Below are positions 28,545 to 36,249 of a stretch of DNA of 64,000 bases, piece after piece; within the stretch, counting starts at the first letter, position 1; every line of letters starts with the position of its first letter. Origin of the DNA: Bacteroidota bacterium (GTDB lineage Bacteria; Bacteroidota; Bacteroidia; Cytophagales; Spirosomataceae); contig JBEBBJ010000002.1 of the NCBI GenBank assembly GCA_041158445.1, forward strand, positions 6,672 through 70,671, read 5' to 3'. The notes under the pieces are model-generated. The model did not search any database and was not told where the DNA came from. It saw only the letters and a program-made list of their open reading frames with translations. The translations under genes and the position numbers were made by a program.

Positions 28545-29798
28545 ATGAGTACACGGATCGCCATTATAGGCTTAGGATATGTGGGTTTTCCGCTGGCGGT
28601 GGAGTTTGGCAAGAAAATTCCTACGCTCGGCTTTGACATCGACACGAGTCGCATAGCTGAATTAAACACCGGTTTTGATCGCACGCACGAAGTAAAGCCG
28701 GAGCAATTAAAAGCATCGGTTTCTTTGAGCTTTTCATCGAATGCGGCTGATTTAGCGGCCTGCAATACTTTTATTGTAACAGTCCCCACTCCCATCGATC
28801 ACTTCAAAAAGCCGGACTTAAGCCCGCTTTTAAAGGCTTCTGAAATGATCGGAAAAGCCTTGAAAAAAGGTGATTTAGTCATTTACGAATCGACGGTTTA
28901 TCCGGGTTGTACGGAGGAGGATTGTGTTCCTGTTTTGGAGAAATTCTCTGGACTAAAATTCAACGAAGACTTCTTCTGTGGCTACTCGCCAGAACGCATT
29001 AATCCAGGTGACAAGGTAAACACCTTGACCAAAATCAAGAAAGTTACCTCCGGCTCCACACCCGAAATCGCCGAAAAAGTCGACCAATTATACCGCTCCA
29101 TCATCACCGCCGGTACGCACAAAGCGCCTTCGATGAAAGTGGCGGAAGCCAGCAAAGCCATCGAAAATGCCCAACGCGACGTCAATATCTCCTTCGTAAA
29201 CGAGCTAGCCTTGATCTTCGATCGCATGGGCATCGACACGACGGAAGTATTAGAAGCGGCCGGAACGAAGTGGAACTTCCTGAATTTCAAACCCGGCTTA
29301 GTGGGCGGCCATTGCATCGGCGTGGACCCCTATTACTTATTGCACAAGTCCGAAAGCTTAGGCTATTACCCACAGGTGATCCTTTCTGGTCGCCGCGTGA
29401 ATGATAACATGGGTATTTTCGTCGCCAATAAATTAGTCAAATTGTTGATTAATAAAGGCCAAAAAATAGGCGGCGCCAAAACCCTCATGCTCGGCATCAC
29501 CTTCAAAGAAAACTGTCCCGACATCCGCAACTCTCGCGTTGTTGATATCTATAAAGAGCTCGTTGATTTTGGGATGGACGTAGACGTCTATGACCCTTGG
29601 GCAAACGCCGCCGAAGTGAAACACGAACACGGCATCGACTTAGTCACAAAACTAGCTGATCAATACCAGGCGATTGTTTTGACCGTAGCCCACAACGAAT
29701 TTCTAGACCTCCCCTTCGCATCCTTGCGCGCCGAAAACGGGGTCATCTTCGACATCAAATCCATCTTATCCAAAGACTTGGCTGACGCCCGATTATAA
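28545..29798 (+). CDS. Nucleotide-sugar dehydrogenase (TviB/WbpO-like UDP-N-acetyl-hexosamine 6-dehydrogenase family)
   Basis: 417 aa; N-terminal IAIIGLGYVGFPLA Rossmann motif and the catalytic-Cys region GLVGGHCIGVDPYY. Confidence 0.8.
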   Translation: MSTRIAIIGLGYVGFPLAVEFGKKIPTLGFDIDTSRIAELNTGFDRTHEVKPEQLKASVSLSFSSNAADLAACNTFIVTVPTPIDHFKKPDLSPLLKASEMIGKALKKGDLVIYESTVYPGCTEEDCVPVLEKFSGLKFNEDFFCGYSPERINPGDKVNTLTKIKKVTSGSTPEIAEKVDQLYRSIITAGTHKAPSMKVAEASKAIENAQRDVNISFVNELALIFDRMGIDTTEVLEAAGTKWNFLNFKPGLVGGHCIGVDPYYLLHKSESLGYYPQVILSGRRVNDNMGIFVANKLVKLLINKGQKIGGAKTLMLGITFKENCPDIRNSRVVDIYKELVDFGMDVDVYDPWANAAEVKHEHGIDLVTKLADQYQAIVLTVAHNEFLDLPFASLRAENGVIFDIKSILSKDLADARL

Positions 29799-29800
29799 GC

Positions 29801-30283
29801 ATGGCTTGGTACGCGATTTACACGAAATCCAGAATGGAGAAGAAAGTCTCCTTGCGCCTTCAGGAGCTAGGCATCGAAGCCTACTGCCCTACTACGAAGC
29901 GCAAGAAGCAATGGTCTGACCGCAAAAAATGGGTTGAAGAAGTTCTCTTCCGCTCCTACGTTTTCGTTAACATCGACCTTGAAAAGCAAAGTGGCCTAGT
30001 CCGCCGAACCTTCGGAGTCGTTAACTTCGTCTACTGGCTCCACAAACCCGCTGTCATCCAAGATGACGAAATCCTGGCCATCAAACAATTCTTATCCGAC
30101 CACCTCGAAGTCGAAACCATCGGCACCACCGCAAAAGTGGGCGACTACATCACCATCGAATCTGGCCCACTAACCGGCCAAACCGCCAAGATCGTCGGGC
30201 TGAAGAATAAGCACGAGGTGAGGCTTAAGATTGAGAGCCTTGGGTTTGAGCTTGTTGCGGCCCTGCGGGACGCAGGAGAGTAG
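29801..30283 (+). CDS. UpxY-family (NusG-like) transcription antiterminator
   Basis: 160 aa; MAWYAIYTKSRMEKKV.. NGN-like N-terminus and a KOW-like C-terminus (GDYITIESGPLTGQTAKIVG). Confidence 0.8.
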   Translation: MAWYAIYTKSRMEKKVSLRLQELGIEAYCPTTKRKKQWSDRKKWVEEVLFRSYVFVNIDLEKQSGLVRRTFGVVNFVYWLHKPAVIQDDEILAIKQFLSDHLEVETIGTTAKVGDYITIESGPLTGQTAKIVGLKNKHEVRLKIESLGFELVAALRDAGE

Positions 30284-30329
30284 AGATAAGAGATTAGAGA
30301 GAGGAGATAAAAGAGTAGAGATTATAGAT
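30281..30329. repeat. Degenerate heptamer array (TAGAGAT-type), 7 units, starting at the UpxY TAG stop
   Basis: tagagat aagagat tagagag aggagat aaaagag tagagat tatagat, read directly from the sequence. Confidence 0.85.
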
Positions 30330-30413
30330 TGGCTCACTTTATCATCTAAATTACCAATTTCTTGATAGGCTTTCAGGCGCTTCCTGAATAATATTGTCAT
30401 CAAATATTAACCG

Positions 30414-30764
30414 ATGACTATAAGCCCCGCACAAACAAAATCATACGATTTTTCTGTTAAAATGGTTACTCTTTGTCGCAAACTAATGGTTGAGGATAAA
30501 GAATTTGTGCTTAGTCGACAATTATTAAAGTCCGCAACTTCCATAGGAGCAAATATTGAAGAGGCAATTGGCGGCTTTTCTCGTAATGACTTTAAGTACA
30601 AAATTTCTATTTCTTACAAAGAAGCACGCGAATCTAGATATTGGATTCGCTTATTGGTTAGTACTGGATTTATTTCAAAAGAAGAGGGATTCTCGGCCCT
30701 AGCCGATTTAGATGAATTAATGCGAATGCTAATGTCAACCTTGAAGACTTTAAATAGAGTATAG
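30414..30764 (+). CDS. Four-helix-bundle protein (23S rRNA intervening-sequence protein family)
   Basis: 116 aa; ..SRQLLKSATSIGANIEEAIGGFSRNDFKYKISISYKEARESRYWIRLL.. is the characteristic pattern of this family. Confidence 0.8.
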   Translation: MTISPAQTKSYDFSVKMVTLCRKLMVEDKEFVLSRQLLKSATSIGANIEEAIGGFSRNDFKYKISISYKEARESRYWIRLLVSTGFISKEEGFSALADLDELMRMLMSTLKTLNRV

Positions 30765-30768
30765 TTTT

Positions 30769-30853
30769 TAGATTAGAGAGAGTAGAGATTAGAGAGTAAA
30801 GATAAGAGAGAGAAAACCCATCTATACTCTTTACTCTCTAATCTCTACTCTCT
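30769..30853. repeat. Heptamer array folded into a perfect 26-bp inverted repeat (probable bidirectional terminator)
   Basis: Heptamers tagatta gagagag tagagat tagagag taaagat aagagag run from 30769. Left arm 30777-30802 (agagagtagagattagagagtaaaga) is the exact reverse complement of 30828-30853, with a 25-nt loop. It lies between convergent stop codons at 30764 and 30856. Confidence 0.85.
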
Positions 30854-30855
30854 TA

Positions 30856-32091
30856 CTATCCAAAAAACAAATAGCTCACCCCCACCGCTGTAAGGATCCC
30901 CACCAAGTCAGCCGCCAAGCCCGCCCACAGCGTGTAGCGAATATTGCGTACCTGAACGGAGCCGTAGTAAAGGGCGATGACGAAAAGGACGGTTTCTGCG
31001 GAGCCTTGGAAGACGCAAGATAAGCGGCCAGCGAAGGAGTCTGGACCGAAGGTTTTCATCGTGTCGATCATCATGGCGCGGGAACCGCTACCCGAGACTG
31101 GGTGTAAAAGGGCGGTAGGCATCGCGTCTGTGAATCGGTTGTCTATGCCGAAGCTGTTAACGGCGAATTTCATGCCGTCTACGATGAAATCTAAAACACC
31201 GGAATTACGAAGGCAAGAAATGGCAACGAGCATTCCTACGAGGTAGGGAATGATGCGGACGGAGGTTTCGAAGCCTCCTTTGGCGCCTTCGACGAAGGTT
31301 CCGAAAATATCTACTTTCTTATAAAAGGCCGCGGCGATGAAGGAGAAAATGAGGGCGAAAAGGATGCCGTTGCTGAAGAGTTTGGACTGGATATCGATTT
31401 GCTCTTTTGGGAGGCTGCTGAAGTACCATAAGATACCCGCTAAAATGGCGGTGATGCTGAAAAGCCAGCCAAAAAGAACAGGGTCGAAAAGACGTATTTT
31501 TTGCTTGATGGAGACGAAGATTAAACCCGTTATGGTAGCCGCATAGGTGGCCATTAGGCAGGGAATAAAGACGTCAGAGGCATCTTGGGCGCCATAAATG
31601 GCACGCTGTGCCATGATGGAAAGAGGGATTAAAACGGGACCTGCACTGTGGAGCACGAGGAACATGATTTGGGCGTTTGAGGCGGTTTCTTTTTCTGGAT
31701 TGATGTCCTGCAAACCTTGCATCGCTTTTAGACCAAAAGGTGTCGCCGCGTTGTCTAGACCTAACAGGTTCGCGGAGAAGTTCATAATCATTTGGCCATG
31801 AACGGGGTGGTCTTTGGGTACTTCTGGAAAAAGGCGCGAGAAGAAGGGTTGAATTTTGCGGGCTAAAAAGTGGATTGCGCCAGCCTTCTCCCCTACTTGT
31901 AAGATGCCCATGAAGAAGGCCATCACCCCGGTTAGCGGAAGTGCGACTTTCATGACCGCGACTTCAGCGGAGTCAAACATGCCATCGACTAGGACTTTAA
32001 AGATGTCGGCGTTGCCGAAGAAAATGAATTGAATGAGGGCGACGACGAATGCGACACCGAAGAACAAAAACCAAATCCAATTTAAAGCCAT
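30856..32091 (-). CDS. Nucleoside-recognition-domain membrane protein (fused SpmA/SpmB-like)
   Basis: Polytopic membrane protein. Start taken at the internal ATG 32091 (MALNWIWFLFFGVAFVVALIQ..). The family call is from overall pattern only. Confidence 0.55.
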   Translation of the reverse strand: MALNWIWFLFFGVAFVVALIQFIFFGNADIFKVLVDGMFDSAEVAVMKVALPLTGVMAFFMGILQVGEKAGAIHFLARKIQPFFSRLFPEVPKDHPVHGQMIMNFSANLLGLDNAATPFGLKAMQGLQDINPEKETASNAQIMFLVLHSAGPVLIPLSIMAQRAIYGAQDASDVFIPCLMATYAATITGLIFVSIKQKIRLFDPVLFGWLFSITAILAGILWYFSSLPKEQIDIQSKLFSNGILFALIFSFIAAAFYKKVDIFGTFVEGAKGGFETSVRIIPYLVGMLVAISCLRNSGVLDFIVDGMKFAVNSFGIDNRFTDAMPTALLHPVSGSGSRAMMIDTMKTFGPDSFAGRLSCVFQGSAETVLFVIALYYGSVQVRNIRYTLWAGLAADLVGILTAVGVSYLFFG

Positions 32092-32140
32092 AGGTTGACA
32101 GAGGTAAAAAACGATTAAATTTAGGGAAAATTCCGTCAAA

Positions 32141-32824
32141 ATGAAGAGACATTTCGCTAAAGCAGGAATTATCCTACTACTTAGCCTATCCTTAAAAGCA
32201 CAAAAATCGACTTGCGCTGCCGAGCTTTCGATGCAAAAGCAGGGTCTTCAAGAAGTTACCGCGCAGGTTCCGGGTGTGTTAGTCGAATTAAAATATGCGA
32301 CTACTGATAATTTTATGGGCAAGGACGTGTACGGTTGTTTGACGCACGCGTATTTGCAAAAAGAGACGGTGGCGATGTTGAAGAAGGCGCAGGAGAATTT
32401 GGAAAAAGCACATCCTGGTTATCATTTGTTGATTTATGATGCGGCGAGGCCGCTTTCGAAGCAGTGGGAACTTTGGAATACATTGACCCAGTATACGCCT
32501 GAAAAGCGTCGTACGTATGTGGCGGATCCGAAAGAGCATTCGATTCATAATTATGGAAGTGCGATCGATTTAACAGTGGCGGATGAGAAGGGAAAGCCGC
32601 TAGAGATGGGGACGAAATACGATTTTTTTGGTGAAATGGCCTATCCGAAAGAGGAAGCGAGGCTGTTAAAAGCGGGGAAATTGTCGGCTAAGGCTTTGGC
32701 AAATCGCCTCATCCTACGCAAAGCGATGACCCAGGCCGGTTTTATGCCCATCGAATATGAGTGGTGGCATTTTAATGCGTTCTCCCGAAAAGTGGCCAAA
32801 GAAAAATTTCAAGTAATACCCTAA
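32141..32824 (+). CDS. M15-family D-alanyl-D-alanine dipeptidase (VanX/DdpX-like), secreted
   Basis: Signal peptide; SIHNYGSAIDLTV (SxHxxGxAxD) and EWWHF motifs. Confidence 0.75.
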   Translation: MKRHFAKAGIILLLSLSLKAQKSTCAAELSMQKQGLQEVTAQVPGVLVELKYATTDNFMGKDVYGCLTHAYLQKETVAMLKKAQENLEKAHPGYHLLIYDAARPLSKQWELWNTLTQYTPEKRRTYVADPKEHSIHNYGSAIDLTVADEKGKPLEMGTKYDFFGEMAYPKEEARLLKAGKLSAKALANRLILRKAMTQAGFMPIEYEWWHFNAFSRKVAKEKFQVIP

Positions 32825-32922
32825 ACTGCGATTTTATCCTGAACCCTTGCCGTTTATCCTAAAATCAGGAGGGGCTTTCCGGGGAATGTTTACCTTTGCA
32901 TACATTATTTTATTGTCGACCT

Positions 32923-34275
32923 ATGTACTTAAAAATAGTTAGTCTTACCTCCCTCCTTTTCGTTAGCGGAATGCAGGTGAATGCTCAGAGCGCTTCGGCG
33001 ATTCAGGCAAACGCAAATACGGTGCAGTTATCGCTTACGAAGGCGGTGGAAATCGCGTTGCAACATAACCTAAACGTGAAGTCGTACGAGGTGAGTTTGC
33101 GCAATGCACAATTGCAATTTCAGCAGTCTAAGAACAATGCGCTGCCTAATTTAAGTGCGAATATTAATCAGTCGGCGAGTTTTGGCCGTAGTATTAACCC
33201 CTTCACGAACGGTTACGATTCGCGAAATATCAATTACAATAACTTAGGTTTAAACGCGGGAATGCTTCTTTTTAATGGAGGCCAAATCCGTAACACGGTT
33301 CTCCAGAACGATTATAATCTAAAGGCATCGCAAGAAGATTTAGCGTCCATCAAGGAAAACATTTCCCTGCAAGTCGTGCTTTCGTATTTAGCGATTCTGA
33401 ATTCAGAAGATCAATTAAGCATCGCAAAGACGCAAACAGAGATCACGAAATTACAGATTACCCGCACCGAAAAATTAGTTAATGCGGGCTCTTTAGCCCC
33501 ATCCAACCTATTGGATTTGAAGGCGCAATTAGCGAGTGAAGAGTCGAATGTGGTGAATTTCCAGAGCTCTTTGGACCTAAATAAACTGACTTTACTTCAA
33601 TTATTGAATGATTCGAGCATCACGGCGATCGAATTACAGCGCATTCAAGTTCCTGCGCCTAGTTCGAGTGGCTATGATACGGGAATAGAGGATTTATATG
33701 CCAAAGCCCTAGCGATTCAACCCCTCGTAAAGGCGGCTGACTTACGCGTTCAGAGTGCATTAAAAGGCATTTCGGTTGCGAAAGCAGGAACACTACCTAC
33801 CCTATCCTTTAGCGCGAGCATGTCGGCTAACCAGTCAAATGCGTTAACGATGGGCTATTTTGATCAGCTAAATAACACCCAAAACAAGGTGCTTTCTTTA
33901 GGCTTAAACATCCCTATTTTTACGCGATTTGCAGCTAAAACAAGAATTGCTCAAGCAGGTTTACAACGCGAGAACGCTTCCATTGAAGCAGCAAAAGCAC
34001 GCCAAAACTTGCGTCAAAACATCGAGCAAGCTTACGTGAACTTAAATAATGCAGCGATGAAATATGAGGCAGGCCTTTCACAGGTATCTGCTTTAGAAGA
34101 ATCCTTCCGCGCGGCTGAGAGCCGTTTTGGGGCTGGAACCATTGACTTCGTGAGCTATAACTTACAAAAAACGAATTTAGATAAAGCGCGCTTGAGCTTG
34201 ATTCAATCGAAATACGACTTCGTGTTTAGAACGAAGATTTTGGATTTTTATCAGGGGAAAAGCTTAACCTTTTAG
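32923..34275 (+). CDS. TolC-family outer-membrane efflux protein
   Basis: Signal peptide MYLKIVSLTSLLFVSGMQVNAQ. Two-fold repeated coiled-coil/beta pattern typical of TolC (LSLTKAVEIALQHNLNVK..). Confidence 0.8.
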   Translation: MYLKIVSLTSLLFVSGMQVNAQSASAIQANANTVQLSLTKAVEIALQHNLNVKSYEVSLRNAQLQFQQSKNNALPNLSANINQSASFGRSINPFTNGYDSRNINYNNLGLNAGMLLFNGGQIRNTVLQNDYNLKASQEDLASIKENISLQVVLSYLAILNSEDQLSIAKTQTEITKLQITRTEKLVNAGSLAPSNLLDLKAQLASEESNVVNFQSSLDLNKLTLLQLLNDSSITAIELQRIQVPAPSSSGYDTGIEDLYAKALAIQPLVKAADLRVQSALKGISVAKAGTLPTLSFSASMSANQSNALTMGYFDQLNNTQNKVLSLGLNIPIFTRFAAKTRIAQAGLQRENASIEAAKARQNLRQNIEQAYVNLNNAAMKYEAGLSQVSALEESFRAAESRFGAGTIDFVSYNLQKTNLDKARLSLIQSKYDFVFRTKILDFYQGKSLTF

Positions 34276-34349
34276 ATTAGAGATTATAGAGTAGAGAGTA
34301 TAGATAAAATCTGCTAGCGACTGGCGACTGGCGACTATTGACTAAAATT
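34273..34349. repeat. Degenerate heptamer array filling the whole TolC-HlyD intergenic spacer (11 x 7 nt)
   Basis: tagatta gagatta tagagta gagagta tagataa aatctgc tagcgac tggcgac tggcgac tattgac taaaatt. It runs from the TAG stop (34273) exactly to the ATG at 34350. Confidence 0.8.
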
Positions 34350-35747
34350 ATGGCAACAAACAACAACAGTAAGCGGACTTGGATGATCATCGGAGGCGCG
34401 GTGGTATTAATTTTTGGTGGATTATTTCTAGCCAAAAAAATGGAGTGGATCGGCAAGGTCGAGCCTACGGAAGTAGAATTCGCGAAGGCGTCTCGTTCGA
34501 CGATCATTGAAAAGGTTTCAGCGTCTGGAAAGATCCAGCCAGAGGTAGAGGTGAAATTATCACCGGACGTTTCTGGGGAGATTGTTTCCTTGAACGTGGC
34601 GGAAGGCGATTCAGTAGTAGCTGGACAGGAATTATTGAAGATTCGTCCAGATAACTATGTGTCTCTTTTAGCACGTGCGGAAGCTCAAATGAATGCTACG
34701 AAGGCAAACATGGAGCAAAGCAAGGCGGTGTTAGCCCAAAGCGAAGCACGTCTTTCGAAAGCGAAAATCGACTACGATCGTAACGCGAAATTGCACAAGG
34801 ACAAGGTGATTTCTGATGCAGATTTTGACCAATTCGTATCGGCTTATACGGTAGCTAAACAAGATTTAGAGGCGGCAAAAGCAAACGTGAATGCAGCTAA
34901 CTACAACGTGAAATCGTCTCAGGCGACCTTGAAAGAAGCAAAAACGAACTTAACGAAGACGACGATTTATGCTCCCCAAAGCGGTATCATCTCGAAGTTG
35001 AACGTTGAATTAGGTGAGCGTGTGGTAGGTACTTCGCAGATGGCGGGTACGGAAATGTTGCGTATCGCGAACTTGAATAAAATGGAAGTGCGCGTGAATG
35101 TAAACGAAAATGACATCACACGTGTGAGCATCGGTGATACGGTGTTAATTGATGTAGATGCCTTCTCTTCTAGCGAGCGTAAGTTCAAAGGGGTTGTTTA
35201 TGAGATCGCGAGTTCAGCGAATTCAAGTGGAACGGCTTCTGCAGTTTCAAATGATGCGGTGACGGAATTCGAAGTAAAGATTCGTGTTTTGCGTTCTTCT
35301 TATGCAGACTTAATCAAGGGTAAATTATCGTATCCATTAAAGCCGGGAATGACGGCGTCTGTGGAGATTTTGACAAACAGAAAGGACAATACCTTAACGG
35401 TTCCATTATCGTCTGTGACAACGCGTGAAATAGGTGCAGTAGCAGAGGGTGAGAAGAAAGAGGAGGATGGAACGAATTCGACGAATGCGAATGATGCTTT
35501 GGAGGCCAAAAAACGCAAGGAAAACACCAAAGAAGTCGTTTTTGTAATGGAAAAAGGCAAAGCGAAGATGATCCAAGTGAAAACAGGCATCTCAGATTTC
35601 GAAAACATCGAAATTGTATCTGGCTTGAAAGACGGTCAAGAGATCATCGCAGGTCCATACGCGACAGTAGCTAAGAAGTTGAAAGAAGGAGACTTAGTGA
35701 AGAAAAAGGATCCGAAAGCAGCAGAAAAGGCCGCTGACAAGAAATAA
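34350..35747 (+). CDS. Efflux-pump periplasmic adaptor (HlyD/MacA family)
   Basis: N-terminal TM anchor, biotinyl/lipoyl-like hairpin (VSGEIVSLNVAEGDSVVAGQELLKI), long coiled coil and a beta-barrel region. Confidence 0.8.
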   Translation: MATNNNSKRTWMIIGGAVVLIFGGLFLAKKMEWIGKVEPTEVEFAKASRSTIIEKVSASGKIQPEVEVKLSPDVSGEIVSLNVAEGDSVVAGQELLKIRPDNYVSLLARAEAQMNATKANMEQSKAVLAQSEARLSKAKIDYDRNAKLHKDKVISDADFDQFVSAYTVAKQDLEAAKANVNAANYNVKSSQATLKEAKTNLTKTTIYAPQSGIISKLNVELGERVVGTSQMAGTEMLRIANLNKMEVRVNVNENDITRVSIGDTVLIDVDAFSSSERKFKGVVYEIASSANSSGTASAVSNDAVTEFEVKIRVLRSSYADLIKGKLSYPLKPGMTASVEILTNRKDNTLTVPLSSVTTREIGAVAEGEKKEEDGTNSTNANDALEAKKRKENTKEVVFVMEKGKAKMIQVKTGISDFENIEIVSGLKDGQEIIAGPYATVAKKLKEGDLVKKKDPKAAEKAADKK

Positions 35748-35760
35748 ATTCAAAAAAAAC

Positions 35761-35800
35761 AGGGGGCTATCTTGCATTTAATGATTTAGCCCCCTATTTT
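35761..35800 (+). terminator. Rho-independent terminator after the adaptor gene
   Basis: agggggcta (35761-69) pairs with tagccccct (35787-95), followed by a T-run. Confidence 0.65.
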
Positions 35801-35823
35801 TGCAGTCCCAATAGGAACAAAAT

Positions 35824-35897
35824 TCCTTCTTAGCTCAGTTGGTTAGAGCACATGACTGTTAATCATGGGGTCCCTGGTTCGAGCCCAGGAGAGGGAG
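35824..35897 (+). tRNA. tRNA-Asn (anticodon GTT)
   Basis: Hand-folded cloverleaf. Acceptor TCCTTCT/AGAGGGA, D stem GCTC/GAGC, anticodon stem CATGA/TCATG with loop CTGTTAA, T stem CCTGG/CCAGG with loop TTCGAGC. 74 nt. Confidence 0.9.
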
Positions 35898-35900
35898 CAA
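35856..35900 (+). repeat. attL core: 45-bp direct repeat (anticodon loop to 3' end of tRNA-Asn)
   Basis: ctgttaatcatggggtccctggttcgagcccaggagagggagcaa is identical to 61667-61711. Confidence 0.9.
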
Positions 35901-35905
35901 ACACG

Positions 35906-35932
35906 AAAGTCACTAGAAATAGTGACTTTTTT
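35906..35932 (+). terminator. Rho-independent terminator downstream of the intact tRNA (island-derived)
   Basis: aaagtcact / agtgacttt stem with a 6-nt loop, followed by a T-run. Confidence 0.7.
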
Positions 35933-36049
35933 CGTTTATAATCCATCTCTATTTCGTCTATTCATCGATTTTCTTGGTTCAAGACTAGTAGAGGGTTTAG
36001 TGTTTTTTCGACGATTTTAGTTGAGAGTTATACCTGTGATTTTAGTTTT

Positions 36050-36070
36050 GTGCCAAGAATGTGCCAAGAG
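36050..36070 (+). promoter_or_regulatory. Putative arm-type integrase binding sites (left end)
   Basis: gtGCCAAGAATgtGCCAAGAg, a tandem motif ~150 bp inside attL. The same tandem motif occurs at 61534-61558. Confidence 0.55.
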
Positions 36071-36249
36071 TTGGTTTTGGATCTGTGTTTATGTATTTCT
36101 AAATGCCTTATACTTATTGTAAGTTAAAGGAAGTTGATCATTACATAAAAAAGGAATAATTGAATATTCACAATGACCGAATGCATGCTAATTGCCCAAT
36201 TCATAAAATTTCACCACCATTAATGGTGATTTTCGAGATTAAAACATCT

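Noticed and set aside
30281-30853. The heptamer arrays and the 19-nt hairpin array (11729-11804) as CRISPR arrays.
   Set aside because: Periods of 7 and 19 nt are far too short. There is no repeat-spacer organisation and no cas genes are present.
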